Source: Octopus sinensis (lineage: Eukaryota). Taken from it: a DNA stretch of 64,000 nt. The stretch is taken from NCBI RefSeq assembly GCF_006345805.1, contig NC_043006.1, positions 33,666,001 to 33,730,000 of the forward strand. The letters are read 5' to 3'. Numbering within the stretch: the first letter of the stretch is position 1; each line of letters begins with the position of its first letter. Position numbers and translations under genes: made by a program. Shown piece after piece: positions 10,411 through 23,995 of this stretch. The notes below the pieces were generated by a model that was given only the letters and a program-made list of their open reading frames with translations, was not told the DNA's origin and searched no databases.

Positions 10411-12149
10411 TGTGAAATTTTTTTTTTTTTTTTTTAACAATCTCATATCTTTAGTTTCTGAATTGTTGCTAGCCATGATGACTAAGACCAAGGTGTAGCA
10501 ATGCAGACATCTAATGCCAAGTTTGGAAAAATTTGCTATGAACAAAGTTCCATTTTATTAGAGAAAGATATTCTGTCCCTGATGAGGTTCTGAGAGTGAA
10601 CCGAAATAGATGAGCTTGTCTGTAGAATTAATACACATATAAATATAACGAAAGATAAAACTATTAATATTAAAACTAATTGCAATCATGAAATTGTGGA
10701 ATGGTAGAATGCCTGTGGGGTGCCACGGAAAATATTTTGCAGTATTTAATGCTATGATCTTTTGTGTTTCGTGATCAAAATCACTGTTTGTATGAGCATA
10801 TTATGTGTTTGTGTGTGTATATATATAAGTGTGTGTGTATGTGCATGTGTGTAATATGCATGTAATATATGTGTGTATGTGTGTGTATGAGAGTGAGAGA
10901 GAGAGAGAGACCGACCTATATCAATATGTCTTCTGTTAGAATAACAAATTTTAATAAATGGTTTTTTTGCATGTAAGAATGGTGGTTTAGATTAGACTAA
11001 CTTTGAAAACTGAATGAATCTTTGTATGCAGTGGATCGAGTGAGTTGAGTCAAAAACTGAAAATCAAGGACACTGCTTTAATCAGTTTGTATATCTATCT
11101 GTCTCTCTTCACACACACACACTCCTCCCCTTTCATTCTCTCTCTCTCTCTCTCTATCATAAACACTTATCCTCTTTATCTGTCACACATACTTTCTCCT
11201 TCTCTTGTCCTCCCTCTTCCTACCTCCCACCTCTCTCTCACTTTAGTGCATGTCTCTGCTTGCACACACTCTCCATGCTGAGACAAACCTTTCTTCTAAA
11301 AAGCAAGAATGGTTTTCAATAAATTGAGTTGTTTGGCTGATGAATGTATTACAAGAAATTACAAGTACAGATAGAAAGACAGACAGACAGATAGATAGAC
11401 AGACAGATAGATAGAGTTTACCCAACAGGTGGCATGTGAGCAACACATTATTAATGCAAACCTCACTCCCCCTCTATCATCACCTCTATTATTCCCATCA
11501 TATAACCCTTTGCCCCTCCTCCCACTCCAGCGCCTACCATAAAATAATAACAGAACTGTAAAAAGAAGCAGAACTCATTGAATGGTCTAAACTACAGTTC
11601 AACCCTCCCCCACAAAGTGGGGGGGGGGCATGGTGTCATGGTGTATTTTTTTTTTCTTTTTCGTAATGAATTACTTCATTCATAGACAATTTTACATTAG
11701 TGTCTTTATGTTTTTTCTGAATTAAATACTAAGATTTTAATATAAACAAATATTAGGAATATGCTCATTGACGTCACCAGGTTTGTTATGTTTTTCTGTC
11801 CTAAATTGGTGCTTTTAATGTAGAATATTAATTTTATCTTATTTAAATGAACTGAAAAAATAATTTTGAATTTGGGTGTAATTGTGGATTTTATATACTA
11901 CAGGCTTCTACATAGTTTCTGTCTACAAAAACTCCTACACAAGGCATTGTTTGGCCCAGGGCTATAGTAGATGCCAAGGTTTGGTGCAGTGGGAATAAAC
12001 GTGAAAACATATGCAATCAGGCTTAACTTAGAAAAGAAATTCACTCCAACAAGAAAGCATCTGTGGTTGTTTGCTATTTAAGAGGGACACGTTGTATAAT
12101 GTAGTCTCTGATATATAAAGAAGCGACACAATCAGGAATGGAATAGAGT

Positions 12150-12595
12150 TGATTTCAAATTTTGACATAAGGCCAGTCATTTTCTTTTCTACTCTAGGCA
12201 CAAGCCCTGAAATTTTGGGGGAGGGGGCAAGTTGATTAGATCAACCCCAGTACACAACTGCTACTTAATTTATCGACCCTGAAAGGATGAAAAGCAAAGT
12301 CGACCTCAGCAGAATTTGAACTCAGAACGTAACGGCAAATAAAATACCACTAATCATTTTGCCCAGCGTGCTAACATTTCTGCCAGCTCGCCACCTTAAG
12401 GCCAGTAATATTGAGAGAAGAGCAGGTTGATCATATTGACACCCAGAAATCAAATGGTGCTTATTTTATTGACCTCTGAAAGGATGAAAGGCAAATTCAA
12501 CCTCGGCAGAATTTGAACTCAGAACATAAAGACCGATAAAATGCCACGAAGCATTTTGCCCCATGTGCTAACAATTCTGTGAGCTTGCTGCCTTT
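12150..12595 (-). mobile_element. Two nested SINE family B copies
   Basis: The younger copy (12181-12396) is flanked by taaggccagt(c/a)at at 12168-12180 and 12397-12409 and sits inside an older copy. Both carry the gaaaggatgaaa(a/g)gcaaa ... aatttgaactcagaac block. Confidence 0.8.
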
Positions 12596-12789
12596 GGACT
12601 GGAATGTAATTGATCAAACGTCTGCTCAAGGTAGACCTGGGGCTAAACAACAAGAATCACAAACCATGAATGATGTTGATATTTCAGGTGGAATAAACAT
12701 CAGAAATGTTTTACCTCAAACAGGTGCTACGTAAGAATATTACAATCTTTCTCTCTTTATGGTGACTAAAGCATTCATATTTATTAGGA

Positions 12790-13060
12790 GCCCATCTGAA
12801 TCTTCAGTAGGGATTTCAGTGTCATGATCATTTTGCCCGCTTAGCCTTGTATACTTCACCTAAGTGGGGCAATGTGGACTAAATTAACCTTCATCTGTGG
12901 AGGAGATCCATCAGCAGTCTGTTTGCTGGAGGTTCAACCTTTCTTGACTCAGCTGTCATGGAGATCAGCTCAAGATGGTCACTTGGCAACTGAGACCACA
13001 CTGAGCTAATCCCAGCTGTCATGGCTATCTCCCTAATGGCTTTCTTCAGTTGTTTGGGTT
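12790..13060 (-). mobile_element. Degenerate 3' end of a HERO-like (RLE-clade) non-LTR retrotransposon
   Basis: Minus strand reads PKQLKKAIREIAMTAGISS. 3' UTR (cacttaggtgaagtatacaaggctaag) aligns with 52531-52740. Confidence 0.5.
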
Positions 13061-13068
13061 ACATACAT

Positions 13069-13104
<36 letters not shown>

Positions 13105-13213
13105 GTCAAAATCATAGGGTAGCTTTTAAATGAAAAAAGGAAAGATTAAGCCTAAAACCATAACAAAATTGGGTTTTGAGTTCCTAATTTCCATGGGGTC
13201 AACAGCACAAACT

Positions 13214-13320
13214 GAAGGCACATGGCTTAGTGGTCAGGGTATTTGGCTCATGATACTAACACTGTGAGTTCGATTCCAGATGGTGCATTTATTTCACGTT
13301 GCTCCAGTCCATTCAGAGAG
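13214..13320 (+). mobile_element. SINE family F, 5' fragment
   Basis: gaaggcacatggcttagtggtcagggtatttggctcatgat ... gagttcgattcc ... tttatttcacgttgctccagtcca matches 21660 and 55322. Confidence 0.75.
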
Positions 13321-13409
13321 CCAGCCGTGTTGACTGGAACATGTGTCAAAACCGATGGAGGGACAAGAAAGAACAGCATATAAATGTTAAATGTCATATC
13401 TCTCTTTTT

Positions 13410-14096
13410 TCTCTTTTACTTGTTTCAGTCATTTGACTGTGGCCATGCTGGAGCACCGCCTTTAATCGAGCAGCTCGACCCCGGGACTTATTATTTTGTA
13501 AGCCCAGTACTTATTCTATTGGTCTCTTTTGCCGAACCACCAAGTAACGGGGACATAAACACACCAGCATCGGTTGTCAAGCAATGCTAGGGGGACAAAC
13601 ACAGACACACAAACACACACATGCATATATATACATATATACGACGGGCTTCTTTCAGTTTCCGTCTACCAAATCCACTCACAAGGCTTTGGTCGGCCCG
13701 AGGCTATAGTAGAAGACACTTGCCCAAGGTGCCACGCAGTGGAACTGAACCCGGAACCATGTGGTTGGTAAACAAGCTACTTACCACACAGCCATTCTTT
13801 TATTTGTTTCAGTCATTTGACTGTGGCCATGCTGAAGCACCGCCTTTAGTCGAACAAATTGTAATTTGTAATTCTATTGGTCTCTAATGTTATGGGGATG
13901 TAAACACACCAGCATCGGTTGCCAGGCGATGGTGGGGTGGGAGGAACAAACACAGACACACAAACATACATATATACGACGGGCTTCTTTCAGTTTCCGT
14001 CTACCAAATCCACTCACAACACTTTGGTCAGCTCGAGGCTATAGTAGAAAACACTTGCCCAAGGTACCACACAGTGGGACTGAACCCGGAACCATG
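13410..14096 (-). mobile_element. Two tandem SINE family A copies
   Basis: Full copy 13410-13793 is followed directly by a second, internally deleted copy at 13795-14096. Confidence 0.9.
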
Positions 14097-14586
14097 TATA
14101 TATATATATGCAGTATATGTTTTGAGGAACGATGTTATGGATAGATGTGATCGCTATTATGGATGCAGCTAAAGACATAAACCCATAGCAGTAATTTATG
14201 TTGATGATAATTAATTAGAGTTAAGTCCATCTCGATAAGAAAAAAAAAAACGAAACAAGGGAGGCAATAGAGAAACACAAATAAGAATTATGTCCCTTCA
14301 ATTATAATCGTTAGTAAATTTTCTCACAAGTTGAATTATTTAAGACAAGTGCACAGATATCACTGAGCTTACAGCAAGTGAGAAATTGTGTTTAGTTCTA
14401 TGTTGTTGTTTCAGATAATTACGGGATCGATTTTGCCTTTCATGTTTCTGTTATTAATAAAATTTAATATCATTCAATTATTCCTGTCCGCTAAATTTTG
14501 TAGCCATTGTACTCGAGTTAGAGATTATTGTCGTTGTTACAGTAGGACGGTGGAGGAACTGAATCGTTCAAACAACGTCAATAATG

Positions 14587-14625
<39 letters not shown>

Positions 14626-14639
14626 TTGCAGTATTTAAT

Positions 14640-14975
14640 AATGACTCTTTTAATTTAAGTTCGATTCTCGCTTAGGTCAATTTTACTTTTCATCCATCTG
14701 CGGTCGATTAAATAAAGTACCAACAAGTATAGAAGTCAATATAAAGGGCAGTTTCTTATCTTAATTTTCTATCCTTGTATTTACGAAAGAAATCATTCTT
14801 CCGGCTTTACGTTCTAAGTCTAAATTCTATCGAAGTCGATTTTGCCTCTTCATCCTTTCAGGGACGATAAAATTAGTAGTTGCTGAGTTCTAAGGTTGAT
14901 GTAATCGATTAGCCCCCCACCCCCTCGCTCCCCTCAAATTTTTCAGGCTTTCTGCCTATAGTAGAAATTACCCAA
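14640..14975 (+). mobile_element. Two degenerate SINE family B copies
   Basis: ttttcatccatctgcggtcgattaaataaagtacc and ttttgcctcttcatcctttcagggacgataaa. Confidence 0.65.
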
Positions 14976-15819
14976 AATTTGCAAACTTTAAAAGCTATTA
15001 ACTTTTATTTATTAATTTATGGCAAAAATGGATTTCATTTCCATAAATGACACATAAAACTTTATCAGGAAAAACCAAATTTGAAATTAATTGGGGCAAA
15101 ATTTAAAAAATAGTAAAAGAGAAAAATGCGACAACAGCAAAAAAGATGCAAAAATTATTCTTGTTGGCTCATGCAAGCTATGAGTTCTCATTAGTGGTAG
15201 CACATGCTGGATTAATCCATTATCATGTTTAGGGATAAAATAATGATTGCCAATTAAAGCATCATAATTATTAAATAGACTGCAACCCACCCATTAATTT
15301 TTATGATCTTTTGCCAAATTTAGAAAATATTTGTGGAATAATCGAAACAACAGACATAAAAGAAAATAACATTCTCTGTGTTTAGTTGTTTCTTTGTAAC
15401 TAGAGTCGACTTTTCTCTTTTCTTTTCTATTCACATCCAGGAGGCATTATAGTAATATATTTATCAAACATGAGATTTGAACTCAGAACGGAAAGGGTCT
15501 CAAATAATTCTTGCAAGATATTCCTGTAGGTCTGAAAAAAGTGGTACAGTATTTAGAATAAAATCTGACTGGTGCCAATATCCCTGGTTCTCCCTAGAGG
15601 GAGCCCTTGCTTTGTTTCTCGGCCAGTAAGAGATAGCAGTCAAATATTCCTGAAATCACACCCTATTCTCTGAAGGAGGAGGAGGAGGAGAAGAGAAGAA
15701 GAAGAAGAAGAAGAAGAAGAAGAAGAATTCGTTTGATGAAATATTGCTCGATATACTCTGAAAATAAGATGAGATTGTTATGGCTGGAACACCAACTATA
15801 GGCCAGATCAGGTTAAATG

Positions 15820-16120
15820 GTTTTGGGGACAGAGTCCTCAGGCATCTCCTACATAGGGTCCTATCAAAAACAACCATCATTACAATTTCTGGCTAGATTT
15901 TCAAACACGAACGAGATTATGGATATTGTCCAACCATATCATTCTTGGTCTGCTGCTAGGCCTCCTGCCAGTTGCCTCGCCCTAAGGAATCTATCTCGCA
16001 ATTCTTTCCTGTGACATTCTAATCACATGTTTGTAGTAGCAGAGTTTTTCCCTCTCAATGTGCATTTGTAATGAGTTGTGAAACTTCGATCATCTTACGT
16101 TATCGAAGCGATTAGCATAT
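15820..16120 (-). pseudogene. RTE-clade LINE reverse transcriptase C-terminal remnant
   Basis: Minus-strand translation with stops: HIEREKLCYYKHVIRMSQERIAR*IP*GEATGRRPSSRPRMIWLDNIHNL. This fits the RTE pattern 'LRWFGHVxRM...RPxGRPRxRWxD'. Confidence 0.8.
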
Positions 16121-17319
16121 AAAACTTCCTTTATAGGGAAATGCTCTTTAAAAGGCTGAAAAAAAAAAAACCTAAGAAGGGAGGTAACTCCAATAAGTCA
16201 ACAATCAAAGTTTTTAAACGCTGTAAGTTATGTGGATTAGAATGGATCTGTAGGTCGTGTATGAGCCAATAAGGGAATTTCTATGCCATGCAAAGGCAAC
16301 CTTTTACGAGAAGCGGACCACATGAGATAAAATACATCATTAGGTGGGCTGCGTTACAAGAAAAATTCACAGCAATTTTTTATTGAGAGTGCCATTCAGA
16401 AAGTCCTGCAGACCATAGTTTGCCCTATAACTGTTCTATGCAGCTAATCTGTCTGAAACAACAGCAAAATTTCCCTCACAACACACTCTAAATCAGGGTT
16501 CATGTAAAATTCCTTTGTTAAATTGGTTCTGCTTTTACACCATGCCAGCATGGACAACGGACATTAGATAATGATGATGATGATGAATTCACAAAACATC
16601 TTAAGATTTTTTTTATATAATTTCTAATATTTAATTATGAAAATATAATAGGAATTTTAAAACATCAAATGGTCCAGTTGAGTAAAATGGAATCGAAAGG
16701 AGACAAAGGGGTAAAAAAAGGATGGAGAACCCATTGATCTAGTACATTAGTGAAAGGAAATGCATTAGATAATGGCTGGAATGTCTTTGATACAGGGACA
16801 AGGGTCTTATTGCATTAGCCTAAGGTTAGATAACAACAAGACCCTGGAGTGGTTCATTAGAATGCAATACCAAGTTCAACTACCACTGTCCATGTGTGTG
16901 TGTGTGTGTGTGTGTACGTGTACATATGCACGTACATGTGCACACAAACACACATATACACATGCATATCAGCAAATCAATTCTGTGAAGTGGTTGGTGA
17001 CAAAAAAGGGCATCTAACCACAGAAAACATATCAAAATGAAATATGAGGGACATGGATTCAGAAAGCCTCATTGCAAGCTTTTCATCTTGGAAGAGAATA
17101 TTTCTGAATAGGAACTGATGCAGAGTAGAGAGAATTCTTTGGACTTCTTCATATGGGATAAATTCTTTAATGTTGATGTCACAGGAAAAAGGATCAAGTG
17201 TACAATGCAAAGTGGTTGGTGAAAGGAATGGTATCCAGCAGTTGGAAATGTCAGAGGAATAAGATATATAGAATGAAATGAAATCAAACTCGCTGATGTA
17301 GCCCATTACAGTACTGCCT

Positions 17320-17630
17320 GATTGGCACTTGTGCCAGTGGAACATTAAAAGCTCATCTGAGTGTGATCATTGCCAGGGCCACATGAAAAACAACATTTCA
17401 GCGTGGTCATTGCCAGTGCTGCCGGACTGGCCCTCATGCCAGTGGCACGTAAAAGCACCTACTACACTCTTGGAGTGGTTGGTATTAGGAAGGGCATCCA
17501 GCTATAGAAACTTTGTCAGATCAGATTGAGCCTGGTGCAGCCTCTGGCTTACCAGTCCTCAGTCAAACCGTCCAACCCATGCCAGCATGGAAAGCAGACA
17601 TTAAATGACGACGATGATGATGATGATGAA
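17320..17630 (+). mobile_element. SINE family C
   Basis: gtaaaagcacctactacactcttggagtggttggtattaggaagggcatccagc ... ccatgccagcatggaaagcagacattaaatgacgacgatgatg. Confidence 0.85.
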
Positions 17631-18239
17631 GTTATTGTATTGCAGAGTGCTCAAGTGCAATACAACTCATTAGAAAAGACAGCCAAAACTGCAGGAGCAG
17701 TGCATAGAATAAGGGAAAGGAAGTGAACATTGAATGAGTAGTTGTTAAAAAGAAATAAAAAAGAAATACTAGTGAAACAACCTTTGCAAGCTGAATAACA
17801 GGCTACTCTTCAAAGAAAGCAGGAACTTAGAATAAAAAGTAGTTGGTAGATAGGAAGGAAACCCAACTATTAAAAAATGTAGTTGGATACCCAACCATTA
17901 AAAAAACCAAAAAACATTGGGAAATGGAATGAACAGAAAAGATGTTGGTATTGCAGTTTGTATTGTTGGCAACTCATCTGGTGGTGTGCGGGGGTAATTG
18001 TGAACAAGAATTAATACAAGAGAAGTGGGGGGGGGGATGCCCTTAGTTCTGTTCACATAGGACAACGTCCTGTAACACGGGTGTTTTGGTAAAGAAAATC
18101 ACCCCAGACATATGCAGCACCAAAGCTGCAGGTTTTCTTTGTGGTTGTGTGTGTGTGTGTATGTGCGCATGCAAGATGGTACAGACTGGTGACGTGCCCA
18201 ACTTCACTAAGCATGGATAAATAGGCTTAAATTGATGCT

Positions 18240-18306
18240 GCTGATGAGGTGATGGTAATGATGATGGTGGTGGTGGTGATGATGACGATGATGATGCTAG
18301 TGATGA

Positions 18307-18340
<34 letters not shown>

Positions 18341-18370
18341 GGTGGTGATGATGATAGTGATGATGATGAA
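18240..18370. repeat. (GAT)n/(GGT)n trinucleotide repeat
   Basis: Direct inspection. Confidence 0.9.
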
Positions 18371-18536
18371 AGGATGGGCTCTCACAGATTAAGCCTTAGG
18401 GAAAAAAAAAACGAAAGATGAAACCTGTTGTGCAGTGTAGTGAGGATATACAAAATGAGGGGATGGTCATGGCTGGAATACCTTCCATCCTAGATCATTT
18501 GCTTGATAAGAACCACTTTGCTAAACATCAACAACA

Positions 18537-18830
18537 TGGCTGTGTGGTTAAGAAGCTTGCTTTGTAACCATGTGATTTCAGGTTCAATCCCACGTGCACA
18601 ACATTTTGGTTAAGTGTCTTCTACTACAGCCCCAGGACGACTACTGTCGTGTGTGAGAAAATTTGGAAGACAGAAACTGTGTGGAAACCTGTCATATTAT
18701 GTGTGTATGTGTTTGCTTCTGCCAGTGCTTAGTGACCAATGTTGGTTTGTTCACACCTCCATGATTTAGCAGTTCAGCAAAAGAGTTCGATAGAATTAGT
18801 ACCACACTGCAAGGCAGTGTTCCAGCATGG
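18537..18830 (+). mobile_element. Degenerate SINE family A
   Basis: tggctgtgtggttaagaagcttgc ... ggttcaatccc ... gtgtcttctactacagcc ... ttagcagttcagcaaaagag. Confidence 0.75.
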
Positions 18831-19303
18831 CAACAGGTTCTCAAAGTGGGCACTACCACCCCTCGGTGGGTGTTGAGATGGTCCATGTGGGCACTAGTGA
18901 CTAAAGGGGCGGTGGGGGGAAGGAGAGAAAAAGGAGATGTTGGGAGGAAGGCAATGAATTTATTATAATTATTATTATAGTATTGCATACAAATTATATA
19001 ATATTATATTAGATATCAAATGATTCATAGTGTATATAAATTAGTAAAATATAAAATATTTATTTATACATAAATATAGGAGTGGGGGGCTCTGAGGGTA
19101 TTATGTGGTCATGAAGGGGGGGGGAGTTTAGACCTCTGACTTAAACAAATAAAAGAATAAGAAACAAAATCCCACCAGACATGATAGACATCATGAAAAG
19201 AGGGAGCCTTCAGTGAATTCACCTGATTCTAAAACATTAACTTTCTTACTTCCATGTGTTTCTGGCATTTACATCTATTTTCATTCTTTTTTTTATTACA
19301 TTG

Positions 19304-19305
<2 letters not shown>

Positions 19306-19366
<61 letters not shown>

Positions 19367-19373
19367 ACTACTG

Positions 19374-19428
<55 letters not shown>

Positions 19429-19430
19429 CA
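19306..19430. repeat. Compound (TTA)n(CTA)n(CTG)n(CCA)n microsatellite
   Basis: Direct inspection. Source of the poly-L/Y/T ORFs. Confidence 0.95.
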
Positions 19431-19973
19431 GAACTCTGATGAAACTCAGTTCCTCTTTTACATATTTGGCTCCCATTTCGTTTTCAGATCCGCCCACCTC
19501 TTCAACTCCCTTCAGTGTCATGACTAACTAAAAATCCACAAGCTAACATCTGTTTACATGGCCTTACAGCTCCAAATGTTACTCCAATAAAGTGTGGGTG
19601 CATGCACGTATACATAGGCACACACACACACACACACACATGCATGCACACACACTACATACATGCATATACACATGCCATATGCATGTACATGCACACA
19701 CATGCATGCACGTGCACACATTTGCATGCACACACCACATACATGCATGCACATATGCATGTTCACACATGCCACATACATGCACACACGTGCAACCCAC
19801 ATGCATGCACATGCACACATCACATGCATACGCACACACTACCCACATGCATGCACACACACTTACACCCAAACACAAATATTATTATTCAGCCCCATCA
19901 AATGGAGGGATGCTTGCTTGTCAAAAATCCAAAATTTTTCTCCCTCCTTTTATGTCCCCCACCACCATTTACT

Positions 19974-20006
<33 letters not shown>

Positions 20007-20199
20007 CACTCTGATTGTCTTTCTAGCTTTCTCTGTAACTCTCTCCTATCTTTCTTCCTCTTCCTTCTCCTACTGGGGCAGCCAAGTATCTCCTCTATAC
20101 AAAGACAATTATCTCTGTTCCTCCTCCATCATACTTTAACCTCTTGCCTGGCACACACCCACCTCCCTCAGCTTTATTCCTGCTCTCAACTAAGGGGTC

Positions 20200-20447
20200 C
20201 TTGTTTTTCAAGTTACTTGCTGACCTCACTGGTGCTGTAGCTGCGTAAAAAGCACTTGTGTTGGTTCCGCGTAAAATGCATCCAGTCCAATCTGTAAAGT
20301 GTTTGGCATAAGGAAGGGCATCCAGCCACAGAAACCAGGTCAAAGCAGACAAGGGATCCAGCTTCAGTTCCTGTCAAACTGCCCAATCCATGCCAGCATG
20401 GAAAACGGATATTAAACAATGATGATGATGATGATGATGATGATGAT
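20200..20447 (+). mobile_element. SINE family C, degenerate
   Basis: aggaagggcatccagcc ... ccatgccagcatggaaaacggatattaaac(gat)n. Confidence 0.8.
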
Positions 20448-20549
20448 GTGTCTTTGTATCTGTCCCTCCACCCACCACTTGACAACTGGTGTCGGTTTGT
20501 TTACATCTCTGTAATGTAGCGGTTTGGCAAAAGCGGCTGATAGGGTATA

Positions 20550-20740
20550 CTCTTTACTTTTTAACTGGTTTCAGTCATTTGACTGCGGAGCACCGCCTTT
20601 AGTCGAGCAAATCGACCCCGGGACTTATTCTTTGTAAGCCCAGAACTTATTCTATCGGTCTCTTTTGCCGAACCGCTAAGTGACGGGGACGTAAACACAC
20701 CAGCATCGGTTGTCAAGCAATGCTAGGGAGACAAACACAT

Positions 20741-20803
<63 letters not shown>

Positions 20804-20963
20804 TACGACAGGCTTCTTTCAGTTTCCGTCTACCAAATCCACTCAAAAGGCATTGGTCGGCCCGGGGCTATAACAGAAGACATTTGCCCAAGATGCCACG
20901 CAGTGGGACTGAACCCGGAACCATGTGGTTGGTTAGCAAGCTACTTACCACACAGCCACTCCT
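20550..20963 (-). mobile_element. SINE family A, full length
   Basis: Complete reverse complement including A box (tggctgtgtgg) and B box (ggttcagtccc), with internal (TA)n. Confidence 0.9.
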
Positions 20964-21659
20964 GTATGTAAGTAGCAGACATTTTCTTTGAGGAAAAAAA
21001 AAAACCCATTCAGGGTGGTGCCCCAGTATAGCCACAACCCAATGACTGAAACAAATAAAAGATAAAGATCACACACCCACATTCATGTATTTCCTTTTAA
21101 CCTATTTCCTTTTCTTTTTCAAATATTTGCCATGATTTGAACTTGCTGTTGGTTGGTCTCAACTGCTATTTCAATCAATCGTGGGTTTGTTTTGTTTATC
21201 TTTTCAGAAATTGATTTCGGTCAACAGAAATTCGTTCAATGGTTTTGCAATAAATTCACATCACATTCACCTTAACAACAACAACAGCAACAACAACAAC
21301 AATCTATTCTTCGGCCAGCCTATGAAGAAGATATTGTATTGCAAGTGAGAGGTGATATGTGTTGCTACAAATACTACATGTGTGTGTGTGTGTGTGTATG
21401 AGTGTGTGTGCATGTGTGTGTACATGTGTGTATAAGAGAGAGAGAAAGAGAGTGTGTAAGAGAGTATGTGTGTGTATATTAGAGAGAGAATGTTTGTGTG
21501 CGTGTATGAGAGTGTGTGTGTATGAGAGAGCGTGTGTGTGTATGAGTGTGTGTATTAGCGAGAGAATGAGTGTGCATGTGTGTTTATGAGAGTGTGTATG
21601 CGTGTGTGTGTATGAGAGAGAGTGTGTATATGTGTGTGTATGACAGAGTGTGTGTATAT

Positions 21660-21985
21660 GAAGGCATGTGGCTTAGTGGTTACAGTATTCGGCTTATGAC
21701 CATAAGGCTGTGAGTTCGATATCCAGTGGTGTATCATGTCCTTGAGCAAGACACTTTATTTCACGTTGCTCCAGTCCACTCGGCTGGTAAAAATGAGTTG
21801 TACCTGTAATTCAAAAGGGGCCAGCCTTGTCACACTCTGTGTCATGCTGAATCTCAGTGACAACTACATTAATGGTATGTGTGTCTGTGGAGTACTCAGC
21901 CAGTTGCACATTAGTTTCATGAGCAGGTTGTTCCATTGATTGGATCAACTGGAACACTCATCATCATAACCGATGGAGTGACAGT
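21660..21985 (+). mobile_element. SINE family F (tRNA-derived), full length
   Basis: A box tggcttagtgg, B box gagttcgatatcc, central tgtccttgagcaagacact. Colinear with 55322-55640. Confidence 0.85.
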
Positions 21986-22044
21986 GGTGTGTGTGTGTGT
22001 TGATTTTGCCTCAGGATTATATAAAGGATCCAAGGCAACCTCTT

Positions 22045-22260
22045 CATCACCATTTAACGTCCACTTTTCCATGCTGGCATGGGTCAGACGGATTTGTCAA
22101 GGCAGGTGAACGTCCTGTTGCTAATCCTCACCTGTTTCAAAGCAAAGTGATATTTTTGAATGGTCAGACATGTTTTTCATGGAAGACTGGAAATGAACAA
22201 CACACTGCTTGTATGACAGTGACGCTCGTTTACAGCCATTACCTGATGTCAAGACACAAA
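22045..22260 (-). mobile_element. Family C-tailed SINE variant
   Basis: Family C tail with a different body (cctcacctgtttc ... gtatgacagtgacgctcgtttacagc). Also at 39530-39760 and 58855-59030. Confidence 0.65.
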
Positions 22261-22287
22261 TACACACACTCCGACACAGTCACATGT

Positions 22288-22982
22288 TGGGATTCCTTCA
22301 GTTTCCTTATACCAGATCAGATCACAAGGCATTCGTTGGCCTAAGGCTACTGCAGAAGACACCTACCCAAGGTGCCATGCAATGGGACTGAACCCAGGAC
22401 CATATGGTTTGGAAGCAAGCTTCTTAACTACACAGCCACACCTGTGCTCATGTGTCTCTACAAATAGTTTGCCACCCTTAAGTGAGAAGGCGTTGGGTTG
22501 GTTCAGCACAAAACTGCAATATTCAGTGTTGGAACCGAAACCAAACCAAAACACCATCCATAAACTTTTTATTTATTTATTTATTTATTTTTTATCGTTT
22601 ACATGTTTCAGTCATTGGACTGAGGCCATGCTGGAGCATCACCTTGAATTTTTGATTGAATGAATCAATCCTGGTACTTGATTCTTTTCTCTTATGCTCA
22701 GTACTTACTCTATCGTTCTCTTTTGCTGAACTGCTAAGTTATGGAGAATGTAAACATACCAACACTGGTTGTCAAGCAGTGATGGGGGACAAACACAGAA
22801 ACTGACACACACACACACATATATATAATGGGCTTCTTTCAGTCTTCCAAATCCACTCACAAGACTTTGGTTGGTCTGAGGTAATCGTAGGAGACATTAG
22901 CCCAAGGTACCACGCAATGGGACTGAACCTGGAACCATGTGGTTGGGAAGCAAGCTTCTTACCACACAGCCACACCTGCACC
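22288..22982 (-). mobile_element. SINE family A: 5' half (22288-22445) and full copy (22590-22982)
   Basis: Reverse-complement matches to family A head and tail. Confidence 0.85.
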
Positions 22983-23308
22983 TAATCTATTTATTCATTT
23001 TTGCAACAATGAGACAATAAATATTGACTGAATGGGTTTACTACAACCCCGAAGAACAAAAGCAACATAACAACTTTATGCTTCATTATAAAATTACTCC
23101 CTAAAATACGCTGCTGCCACCACCACCACCACTAACAACAACAACAACTTAAAAATCTTTTCTGCCCTCCCTCCGCCTCCTTCACTAATCCAATTTTTAT
23201 CCATTGGTTAAGATTCCGTCCTCTTTTTTTTCCAATCCTCATTCACTCTTCACAGTCACCCTCCACTCCACTTCACTCTCACTCATTAGGTAGATCTCTG
23301 TGTGTGTT

Positions 23309-23340
<32 letters not shown>

Positions 23341-23519
23341 TCTGATGTTATTTCTTTTTAGTATAATTCAGAGCTGTCTCTATTTTATCTTATTAACCAA
23401 ACAAATAAATTTAATTAACCATAGTAATTAACTATCACTCACACATGTAAACCATAGACACAGACACACATACAAACTCTCTCTCTCTCTCTCCCATTTA
23501 CACACAAACACATTCTGAT

Positions 23520-23820
23520 ACACACACACAGACTCTTTTACTCCATACCCACCTCTCTATCTCTGTCTGGCTGTCTCTCTTTCTCTCACACAGACTCTTT
23601 TACTCTATCCCCTACCTCTGTCTGTCTGTCTGTTTCTCTCTCTCTCTCTCACGCACACACAGACTCTTTTACTCCATCCCCCACCTCTCTATCTCTGTTG
23701 GGCTGTTTGTCTCTTTCTCTCACACACTCTTTTACTCCATACTCCTCTCTCTATCTGTCTGTCTGTTTGTCTCTCTCTCTCTCTCTCACACACTCTTTTA
23801 CTCCATCCCCCTCCTCTCTA

Positions 23821-23853
<33 letters not shown>

Positions 23854-23995
23854 GACTCTTTTACTCCATCCCCCACCTCTCTATCTCTGTCTTTCTCTCT
23901 CTCTCACACACACTCTTTTACTCCATCCTCCTCCTCTCTCTCTCTCTCTCTCACACATACTCTTTTACTCCATCCCCCACCTCTCTATCAGTCTG
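23520..23995. repeat. Compound minisatellite, ~8 units anchored on actcttttactccatcccc plus (CT)n(CA)n
   Basis: The anchor recurs about every 50-65 bp. Confidence 0.85.

Noticed and set aside
11337-11370. CTGATGA...GAAA hammerhead-like spacing (also near 52537 and 53251)
   Set aside because: No viable stems I-III, so a chance match.
16977-17345. 122-aa minus-strand ORF
   Set aside because: Contains two degenerate family C segments (PFLSPTT twice) and no recognisable domain.
21208-21345. Possible exon (ttttcag acceptor, open frame with poly-Asn, gtgaga donor)
   Set aside because: No recognisable protein similarity and no partner exons. Needs RNA-seq.
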